Shown here in pieces: positions 1 through 8,072 of a stretch of DNA of 55,202 nucleotides. This DNA is from a virus (Duplodnaviria > Caudoviricetes). Position 1 is the first letter of the stretch. Each line of letters starts with the position of its first letter. The position numbers and the translations under genes were made by a program. Below the pieces are notes generated by a model. That model saw nothing but the letters and a program-made list of their open reading frames with translations, had not been told where the DNA came from and searched no databases. The DNA is taken from positions 1 through 55,202 of IMG/VR virus record IMGVR_UViG_3300041809_002179; one strand, written 5' to 3'.

Positions 1-25
1 AGGTCTTTGAGAGTTTGGTGGCTGC

Positions 26-235
26 TGCACGAGCCGCTGGACCGCAGGCCAAAAGTTTGAAAAACCGTTTTGCAGTTCGTGTCGAACCGTACCGTCCCGT
101 GATCAGCATGCACGGTGGAGCTCACGAAGTTGCACGAGCCGCTGGACCGCAGGCCAAAAGTTTGAAAAACCGTTTTGCAGTTCGTGTCGAACCGTACCGT
201 CGCGTGATCAGCATGCACGGTGGAGCTCACGAAGT
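26..235. repeat. Tandem duplication, 2 x 105 bp
   Basis: 26-130 and 131-235 are identical except one base (cgtcccgtg vs cgtcgcgtg). Confidence 0.95.
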
Positions 236-250
236 TTAGTATCTGAATTC

Positions 251-1012
251 ATGCGGTTGCAACTTATCTCAGACCTCCACACGGAGTTTTACAAGACTCC
301 GTTAGACCCATACCCCACTGCGCTTGAATTCTGCCGTTCCATCGAAATCGCGTCTAACGTAGATTTCTTGGTGATTGCAGGAGATTTAGTGGTCGTGGCC
401 CGTCAAGATCTCAATGTCCTCATGGGTATCCTCGACCATTTCTCGCAGTTTGCAAAGCACGTCATCTATGTAGAGGGCAATCACGAGTTCTACTGGGGTG
501 AACAGCTGAGAACCTTATCCGCCCTCCGTTCCGTGATGCCGAAAAACTACACTTGGCTCTCCAACGAAGCGGTAACGTTGGAAGGCGTGCATTTCTACGG
601 CGGAACGATGTGGTTCCCTGATCTCGATGGTTTGAATTGGTTGTTCCGTGACGACTTTAATGATTGGTTTCTCATTGAAAATCTTCGGAATTGGGTTTAC
701 AATGAAAACACTGAATTCACGAGAAACGCGATGGAGTTAGTCCGGGAAGAAACTATCATCGTCAGCCACCATCTTCCCCACGAACGTAGTGTGGCCCGTG
801 AATATCGAGATGCTTGTAATCGTTTCTTTCTTTCGGACCAAACGCCTCTCATTTCAGAAAAGACGCCCAGACTATGGTTACACGGACATTCACATGCAGC
901 CTGTGACTACACCTTACCGGGTGCGTTGACTCGTGTAATCTGCAATCCCTATGGCTATCCTAAAGAGCGCAAGTGGAAAAGACCATATCTTCCAGTTGTC
1001 CTAGACGTCTAG
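251..1012 (+). CDS. Calcineurin-like metallophosphoesterase
   Basis: SDLH, AGD, GNHE, SHH and HGHSH motifs. Confidence 0.9.
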   Translation: MRLQLISDLHTEFYKTPLDPYPTALEFCRSIEIASNVDFLVIAGDLVVVARQDLNVLMGILDHFSQFAKHVIYVEGNHEFYWGEQLRTLSALRSVMPKNYTWLSNEAVTLEGVHFYGGTMWFPDLDGLNWLFRDDFNDWFLIENLRNWVYNENTEFTRNAMELVREETIIVSHHLPHERSVAREYRDACNRFFLSDQTPLISEKTPRLWLHGHSHAACDYTLPGALTRVICNPYGYPKERKWKRPYLPVVLDV

Positions 1013-1034
1013 TATTTCCTATAGAGGTGAGGAA

Positions 1035-1241
1035 ATGCTGATTCATGTTCAAGAATGGAATTGGTGGACGGGCGGTACCCACCGATTGATAAACAGTGAT
1101 CTCATAAAGACAGTGGACTTCTACACTTGTGGAAATTTTCACCGGGACCGCTGTGCCAAGATCACATTCGTAGATGGCAGCGTTATGAAAGTAACGGACT
1201 CCGTCGAAGAGATCTCAAAAAAGACGCTCGGCCTGAAGTGA
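1035..1241 (+). CDS. Small protein, FlbD/SwrD-like
   Basis: LINSDLIKTV...KITFVDG...VTDSVEEI pattern; SD gagg upstream. Confidence 0.5.
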   Translation: MLIHVQEWNWWTGGTHRLINSDLIKTVDFYTCGNFHRDRCAKITFVDGSVMKVTDSVEEISKKTLGLK

Positions 1242-1804
1242 TCAAAGTCGACCCATTCAATCTCCCGAGTAGACCTATGACCCGGCCCGAGCTTCAGTAC
1301 TGGATTCTGTTCACTATAGCTGTGGCCGGGAAGGGTGCGAAAGTCACCGAGCAGAAAATGCTCGCTTTCCTGCGCGACGCGGGTCGCCCGCTAATGTCCC
1401 CATTTCGGATCATCTACCTGTATATCACAGAAAATAGCCTGCTCAGAAAACTCAAGAAACATAAACTGGGGAAGTACACCTTGCTTATGAAAGGATTCCC
1501 AGCCGCGCTGGATCTGGACCTGGACAATCTGGACGTGGAGAAGCTGATGAAGATCCCTGGCATTGGCCCGAAAGGTGCTCGGATGATTCTGATGTACGGC
1601 TTCCCAGATGTGAAGGATTATGCTGTCCTGGATACTCACGTCTTGAAATGGATGCGCGCCCACGGCTACGAAGTTCCGGATGCAACCCCGGACGGCAAAG
1701 TCTACGAGAAACTCGAGCGATGGGTAATTGCTGAAGCCCGTGCTCGAGGCATGTCACCCAGGCAGTTTGATACTTTTGTCTGGCAGCAATACGCCCGCCT
1801 GTAA
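1238..1804 (+). CDS. HhH-GPD DNA glycosylase/AP lyase (Ogg-like)
   Basis: LMKIPGIGPKGARMIL helix-hairpin-helix followed by AVLDTHV; GTG start overlapping the previous stop. Confidence 0.8.
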   Translation: MIKVDPFNLPSRPMTRPELQYWILFTIAVAGKGAKVTEQKMLAFLRDAGRPLMSPFRIIYLYITENSLLRKLKKHKLGKYTLLMKGFPAALDLDLDNLDVEKLMKIPGIGPKGARMILMYGFPDVKDYAVLDTHVLKWMRAHGYEVPDATPDGKVYEKLERWVIAEARARGMSPRQFDTFVWQQYARL

Positions 1805-2333
1805 ATCTCCTCAAAATGAAAGGACCGGATCCTAAAATCCGGTCCTAATTGTCTCCTGGACCAGTGGTCGCGACCACCGTTCTCTAAGGGACTTTGCCAC
1901 ACACGAGAGTGGTGGCTTGTCAATGTTCCTAGCGCCCTCTATAGGCACCCCTGATGAAGTATCATCATGTAATTGGGATAGAAAGTTCCAAAAGAGACTA
2001 TCGAAACCGAGGGTAGAGTCCGCCTATGCCCTTTTTCTGTTTCACTGCCAAGTTTTTGACAAAGAAAGCCTATGGCTATGACATTGCAGATGAAGTCACC
2101 GAGGGCAGTGGCCCACGTGCAGAACAAGAGAATTTGGACGATACCATGGAACCCCAAGATCACCATGAGACCCCAAGAAATCCGGCTAACATGGCCATGG
2201 ACACCGAAGCCGAACAAGAATTCCCAAATCTGAAGGACAATACGATCCAAAGATTTCTCCCACAACGTTCAAGATAAAGTAGATAATTACTATCCAACAA
2301 ACAAACTTCCGACTCCTAATTTAAGGAGTCATT

Positions 2334-2939
2334 ATGCCAGAGTACTTTCGTCCTGTCACAGTAGAAGAACATCAAGCCCGAAATCTCATCCTCAACCTTG
2401 CCAATTACCGAGTTACCCTCGGAGAATACACCGAAACTCTAACCGAACAAAATAATGGGTGTGCTATTTGTGGCCGTGTTGACCCAGGAAAACGCTTGTC
2501 CATAGATCACGACCATTCTTGCTGTGCTACTCCATGGAAAGCCTGTGGGAAATGCGTTCGCGGCTTGCTCTGCCAGAATTGTAACGTAGCTCTAGGAAAA
2601 TTTCAAGACAACATAGAATTGCTCTTAAAGGCCGTTGAATATCTCCGCTTTTGGAAAGCTAACCCCCGTCCCGCTCGTAATCCTCTAATTATTCCCCATG
2701 GAAATATAGGTCGTAAGCATCGGCCTTCTTCCTGTCAAAGCATGAGCATCACTCGAACGGGCCGGACTGTTTCTGAAGAAACTAAGTCTTTGATGTCTAA
2801 ATCCCAACATTCTGCAAAAACTCTGAAAAACAACAGAAGCAGAAGATTAGGAACGCATCTTGAAACTGATAAAATCACTGGAAGGCGGAAATGGGTACGG
2901 GCTGAAAATTCTGTTGTTTCTCTACTTCCTAATTCATAA
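2334..2939 (+). CDS. Endonuclease VII-family (His-Me) homing-type endonuclease with NUMOD3-like tail
   Basis: CAICG...SIDHDH...VRGLLCQNCNVALG; GRTVSEETKSLMSKS. Confidence 0.85.
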   Translation: MPEYFRPVTVEEHQARNLILNLANYRVTLGEYTETLTEQNNGCAICGRVDPGKRLSIDHDHSCCATPWKACGKCVRGLLCQNCNVALGKFQDNIELLLKAVEYLRFWKANPRPARNPLIIPHGNIGRKHRPSSCQSMSITRTGRTVSEETKSLMSKSQHSAKTLKNNRSRRLGTHLETDKITGRRKWVRAENSVVSLLPNS

Positions 2940-2960
2940 TGAGTAACAAGGCAAAGATAA

Positions 2961-5900
2961 ATGGCACTCACCGGTCCTCCACTATTTACGATTTTCAATC
3001 CGGTCTCCCACCTGCTAGACCCCGTTCAAGGTTTAACCGCCTCAGGCGGCACAGGGAGTGCTTATGCACCGGTTGTTCTCGGGCCAGACGGCACATTTGA
3101 TCCATCTGTGATACCTGGTGGCACTGGCGGAAGTGGAGCAACTGGGCCAACGGGGCCAGCCGGGCAAGGTTTCACTTGGTTGGGACCATGGGTCAACACT
3201 ACAGCTTACGTTCCATACAACGTTGTTGAAGATGCAAATTCATCCTGGGTTTGTATTCTTGCAAATACTGGTCAAGAACCATCGTTAGATCTCACTTTCA
3301 CCTATTGGAATCTAGTTGCCCAAAAAGGTGCAACTGGAGCGGTGGGACCGACTGGCTCATCCGGAACTGGTGGTTCTGGATCGGGTGGAACGGGGGCTAC
3401 GGGAGCAACAGGTGCGACTGGCGCGACTGGGCCAACAGGTTCAGGTACTACAGGGCCAACCGGACCGGGCGGAGGTGCGACCGGGGCAACGGGCGCGACG
3501 GGTGGAACAGGCGCGACTGGCACTGGCGGACTGCCTTCCGACTTCCTGCCCGAGAACTATGGCGCAGTTGGTAACGGTTCTACAGACGACACTACGGCAC
3601 TTCAGGACTGCCTGAATGCTGCTGCAGTTTCTGGTGGAACGGTTTGCCTCAGCGCCAAGAATTACTACACTGCCTCGGGTGGTTTGACTTTCACCTACGG
3701 TGTGAACATCGTCGGCGTCAATTATGATGTGAGCATCATTTCATGCGGCAGCGCGACGGCCACCATTCTGGCGATGACAGGATCGGGCCGAACTACATTT
3801 GGAGGAAACCTCCTTCAAGACTTCAAGATTATACGAAATACAGCACCCACAAGTGGCACGGCCACGGGGTTGAGTTGGAATGGATGTTTGGGAGCGAACA
3901 GTGTTCGCGTTGCATCCTTCAACAGCAACTACTGTTTCTATCAGACGGATTGTGCGAATATCAACTACGACAAATGCATTGTCTCGTGGACGATCTCGAA
4001 TACATACAGTTCCTACGGATTCTTTTATGACTCAACGAGTAATGGAGAGAATTCAAGCCGAAACATCGACAGTTTAATTGGAAACGGGTTTACTGACGGG
4101 GGCAACACGACTACGGGCCTGTATCTTTCTGGATCAGGCATCGCCGATTTATACTGCGAGAGACTGGAAACAGCGCAGTGCACTTATGGCGTCCAGGTCG
4201 ATTGCACAGGTTCAGGAACGAGCCACGGGAACATCCACTTCAAGGATTGTATCCATGATCAGATAGCGGTATCGTCATATGTATTGACGAACATCAATAA
4301 CCCGTCGGGTGCTCAAGATGTAGCCTACTGTGCGATTCAAGGCGGGTACATTCAGCAAGCATATCCTTCGTCCGCCCCGAACATCGACATCGAGAATTGT
4401 AACGGAGTAATCGTCTCAGGTGTCGATTGTCTCGTCAACAATGGCGGCGGAACTGGGGTTTCAGGGATTTACATCAACAGCGGCGGCGGAAACATCATCG
4501 ACGGTTGCGTATTCCAGCCACAGAATTCCACGGCTGGAACTGCGATCCTAGTAAACACATCTGAAACCAACAACATCGTCAACAACGTGTTTTCGACTCC
4601 AGGCAGCGTGTACACATGGACGAAAGGAATTTCCTTAACAGGATCTTCCTTCAACTTTGTGTCACAAAACAACTTTGGTGGCTGGGGAACGACTGCAATT
4701 TCTCTGGATTCATCTAGCACCTATAACCTGGGTATCAACATTGTTGGTACAAGCTGGACTACAGGCTTGTCAAACAGTGGTTCCAACAATAGCGTGTACG
4801 TCAACGCTTTCGGTGGTGGAGCAACTGGGGCAACGGGGGCAACCGGTCCGAGCGGTGCTGGGCAGATCACGGGTGACCTGCTTGAAACCCAAGTTTTGCC
4901 CTGGGACGGTCCAACACCCGGCACACCTGATGCCGGTCTATCTCGTGTATCTCCGGGTGTGATCGCGCTAGGCGACGGAACTGCTGCAAACGCGAGTGGC
5001 ACGCTACAATTGGCTTTCCTAGAGATTCTCGAAAGTGGCAATCCCACATTTGCTGCAACGGGCAGCAACGTGGCGCTTGCCAACACCACTTCGCTCAACT
5101 GGTCATCAAGCGCCGATGCGACGGCATCCGCAGACACAAACCTCATCCGTGGTGCTACAGGTACAATCTATGTATGTGCGGGTGGGACTGGAGCATCCGG
5201 CAGCTTGAAGCTGACCCACCTTGTGTTTCCAAGCGCAGGCGATGAGACATGGAACGGCGACACATCCATCAGCCGCGCCTCGGCGAACGTCATCCAGATC
5301 GGAATCACGTCTGGTACCCCTGACTTCAGCGGCACCCTGAAAACCACCATCGTTAATGCCGTCACAGGATTTCAAATTAACGGTGCCGCGTCCTCAGGCT
5401 ATGTCCTGCGGGGCAACAGCACAAATTTTGTGTCTGCTCAGTTGGCGGCATCCGATCTGAGTAACAATACTACAGGCAGCGGTGCGGTGGTGTTGGCGAA
5501 CGCCCCTTCATTCACGGCTAATCCGACATTTTTTAGTTCCACGGGGACAGGCGCGGTTGTCTTGGCTGGTTCCCCAACCTTTACGGGCACGGCAGTATTC
5601 GCTAACGCCAGTATCTCAGGCACTTTGACGGATGGTTCCAGCTCCGTTGGCTTCGCTGGATATGTTCTCACTTCCACTCACACTGGCATACAGTGGGTTT
5701 CGCCGTCAAGCGTAGGTTTCCAAGACCCCATGTCTACTGTTGGCGACATGATTTACTACGAGGCGTCCCCTGCGGGGCCTGCGGCATTGCCAATAGGCTC
5801 TACGGGTCAAGTCCTCACTGTAGTGGGTGGAGTGCCCGCATGGGCAGCAGCAAGCGGAGGCGGCTCACTGGACGTTAACGGCACACCTGTATCAAGCCCG

Positions 5901-6584
5901 AACTTGCAGAACAGTGCGAGTGTGACCTTCGGTGTTTCAGGAAGCAACATCCAACTCACGACGACGGCAGCGGCGTCTGGCAGCAATGGGGTGTTTGTTT
6001 ACACGCCCCCAGTATTAGCTGACTTCTCATGGGGTTACCAAGGGGCAAGTTCTCAAGCGTCTGCTGTTCAGAACGGCAACACCGTGTTTCTGTCCACCAC
6101 CGCAGTGAGCGGTGACCAATACATCTGTCAGGTGCAGGCGATCCCAGCGAACTCCATAACCGCGTGGTTTGTCCCCGGCTTGTTTGGATACAACTATAGC
6201 CAGTGTGGTTTGATTCTGCGCACCAGTTCAAATGGCAAGGCGACAACTTTCAGCTTGCAAGCAACAGCGGGCAGTGACGGACAGACTGTACCAATTGCTT
6301 ATCCCGTGCTGTCGGTGGACACATTGAGCAGTGCAACCAACCATGATGCCCAAGTTGCCCACCTGAACCTGATTGCTATGCCGGTAGATGGCTTTGGTCT
6401 ACAAATCACATTCAGTGGTGGAAATAGCCAATTCAACTATTCCTTCGACGGGGTTAATTGGGTCAACCTTTATTCCGCGTCCACCACCGGGTACGCCACT
6501 CCCGATACGTGCGGTATCTACGTGGACTCGAACAACACAGCAGCGCCCGTTACTATGTCCTTGCTGTCGTGGGCTACGACGTAA
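2961..6584 (+). CDS. Tail fibre/tailspike with collagen-like repeats and pectin-lyase-like beta-helix
   Basis: GATGATGPTG triplets; ENYGAVGNGSTDDTTALQ beta-helix start; GAVVLA repeats; beta-rich C-terminal tip. Confidence 0.85.
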   Translation: MALTGPPLFTIFNPVSHLLDPVQGLTASGGTGSAYAPVVLGPDGTFDPSVIPGGTGGSGATGPTGPAGQGFTWLGPWVNTTAYVPYNVVEDANSSWVCILANTGQEPSLDLTFTYWNLVAQKGATGAVGPTGSSGTGGSGSGGTGATGATGATGATGPTGSGTTGPTGPGGGATGATGATGGTGATGTGGLPSDFLPENYGAVGNGSTDDTTALQDCLNAAAVSGGTVCLSAKNYYTASGGLTFTYGVNIVGVNYDVSIISCGSATATILAMTGSGRTTFGGNLLQDFKIIRNTAPTSGTATGLSWNGCLGANSVRVASFNSNYCFYQTDCANINYDKCIVSWTISNTYSSYGFFYDSTSNGENSSRNIDSLIGNGFTDGGNTTTGLYLSGSGIADLYCERLETAQCTYGVQVDCTGSGTSHGNIHFKDCIHDQIAVSSYVLTNINNPSGAQDVAYCAIQGGYIQQAYPSSAPNIDIENCNGVIVSGVDCLVNNGGGTGVSGIYINSGGGNIIDGCVFQPQNSTAGTAILVNTSETNNIVNNVFSTPGSVYTWTKGISLTGSSFNFVSQNNFGGWGTTAISLDSSSTYNLGINIVGTSWTTGLSNSGSNNSVYVNAFGGGATGATGATGPSGAGQITGDLLETQVLPWDGPTPGTPDAGLSRVSPGVIALGDGTAANASGTLQLAFLEILESGNPTFAATGSNVALANTTSLNWSSSADATASADTNLIRGATGTIYVCAGGTGASGSLKLTHLVFPSAGDETWNGDTSISRASANVIQIGITSGTPDFSGTLKTTIVNAVTGFQINGAASSGYVLRGNSTNFVSAQLAASDLSNNTTGSGAVVLANAPSFTANPTFFSSTGTGAVVLAGSPTFTGTAVFANASISGTLTDGSSSVGFAGYVLTSTHTGIQWVSPSSVGFQDPMSTVGDMIYYEASPAGPAALPIGSTGQVLTVVGGVPAWAAASGGGSLDVNGTPVSSPNLQNSASVTFGVSGSNIQLTTTAAASGSNGVFVYTPPVLADFSWGYQGASSQASAVQNGNTVFLSTTAVSGDQYICQVQAIPANSITAWFVPGLFGYNYSQCGLILRTSSNGKATTFSLQATAGSDGQTVPIAYPVLSVDTLSSATNHDAQVAHLNLIAMPVDGFGLQITFSGGNSQFNYSFDGVNWVNLYSASTTGYATPDTCGIYVDSNNTAAPVTMSLLSWATT

Positions 6585-6934
6585 AGGGGGCTTTTTCCAT
6601 CATTCTTACAGGTTGCCACACCGCAGCTTGGACGGGAGATTTGACGGTGGATGGTGTGGACTGGGGAGTCGTCAGCATCAACGGACCACTCACGGGCGCG
6701 TACTTCGGTTTCTGGGCGCAAAACGGTTTAGGCAGCCTGTACATCTACGGTCTGACGGTGGTGTAATCTGCTGCAATAGAACTCACGACAGTGTAACTAC
6801 CTGATTCCAAAGGCGCAAGAAATCGGCGACCTCGTACACGATGGGCACCGCAGGGGGCCCATCATACGGCGATTGCACCGCCGTCGAAGTCACAATGGTG
6901 TAACAAACATAAGATACGCAGTATTCAAAAAGAA

Positions 6935-7105
6935 ATGTTCGAGCATCCTGAATCAGACAACTTCGAACCCGAACTCTATGACGGGGATGATGAAGATCTT
7001 GAAGAATTCATAAACGCCGAAGATCCCATCTGTGCTGCTTGTGATGGCACCGGGCTACAAAACGGTCACCTCTGCAAAACCTGCCAGGGAACAGGACTTT
7101 CTTGA
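6935..7105 (+). CDS. Small acidic protein with DnaJ-type zinc finger
   Basis: Manual translation, 56 aa: CAACDGTG...CKTCQGTG. Confidence 0.6.
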   Translation: MFEHPESDNFEPELYDGDDEDLEEFINAEDPICAACDGTGLQNGHLCKTCQGTGLS

Positions 7106-7761
7106 AAATCGAAATCGAACGTCAGGCACCTCTTCAGGATTTTAGGACCCTTCGCGATCAATTGATACAACGAAACGAGAAATTCACTCTCCAAACCCTT
7201 TCCAAAATCCCTTATGCACAATTACTCTTCTGTTGCACCGGGGAAGCCGGAATAGCTGCCTGTTCTCAGGGTCTAGTTGTTATGGAACGGCGGGCGCGGC
7301 GGAGGCGGTTCTTGGATATGGAGACCGACGAATTGGAGACAGTTCAAAAATACTTAGTCGTGAATCAGATGGATGCTGACGTTCGATACGACTTCACATA
7401 CCGCGCTGCCCCGCGCTGGGAAGATCTAAAACCCCGCCAGCAGATCTGGGTGAAATTGAACTGCATCTACAACCACGTTGACCATCCCGCTGCACGTCTC
7501 AAGGAAGCCATCCTTCTCCTGAGGACTTGTGCAATGGTGCACTCGCTCCCTCCGGAGGTTGCTAAGAGCTACATGCCCCGGTTGCGCGGCTTACTGACAG
7601 TCTTCCCCGGAACCATCTCTCCTGAACTCTTCCGAGCCAAGATCACCGAAATAGCTGAAAACCTTTTTGATTTCCTTCCACCAGAAGAAGCTGCTGTCCT
7701 CCAACGCGAAGAGATCCAAAATTACCAATGTACATCAGATTGTTACCGGGTGTTCGTATAG
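7102..7761 (+). CDS. Hypothetical protein
   Basis: 219-aa ORF coupled to the previous stop. Confidence 0.6.
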   Translation: MKIEIERQAPLQDFRTLRDQLIQRNEKFTLQTLSKIPYAQLLFCCTGEAGIAACSQGLVVMERRARRRRFLDMETDELETVQKYLVVNQMDADVRYDFTYRAAPRWEDLKPRQQIWVKLNCIYNHVDHPAARLKEAILLLRTCAMVHSLPPEVAKSYMPRLRGLLTVFPGTISPELFRAKITEIAENLFDFLPPEEAAVLQREEIQNYQCTSDCYRVFV

Positions 7762-7805
7762 CTAAAGTTGCTCCTCAATCAGTAGTATAAACTGGAGAGA
7801 AGCAA

Positions 7806-8072
7806 ATGACATCTGCTGCAATCGAGAAAAGCAACCGCAGCCGCGCCAACGATGAACTCATCGCCATCAACCGTGAATACCATCATGGCCTTCCTCTTTC
7901 CGAGATAGACGCTATCCTCACCAAACACGGATTCACAGGGATGGAAGCCGCAATCTATTGCGGGCGTGAGGGCCGCGTGCACGAGCAGGTTGGACCAAAG
8001 ACTTGGATCTTGTTAACCTGGCACAAAATGGAAAACACGGGGCGCTACGAAATCGTCGCGTATCTAGGCTAA
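7806..8072 (+). CDS. Hypothetical protein
   Basis: SD ggag, 88 aa, stop overlaps next start. Confidence 0.65.
   Translation: MTSAAIEKSNRSRANDELIAINREYHHGLPLSEIDAILTKHGFTGMEAAIYCGREGRVHEQVGPKTWILLTWHKMENTGRYEIVAYLG

Noticed and set aside
26-235. CRISPR array
   Set aside because: Two adjacent 105-bp copies with no spacers and no cas genes
3251-6246. Alternative-frame and antisense ORFs in the tail fibre
   Set aside because: By-products of Gly/Thr/Ala repeat codons
2961-6900. Diversity-generating retroelement or invertase-based tail switching
   Set aside because: No reverse transcriptase, template repeat, invertase or crossover sites in the window
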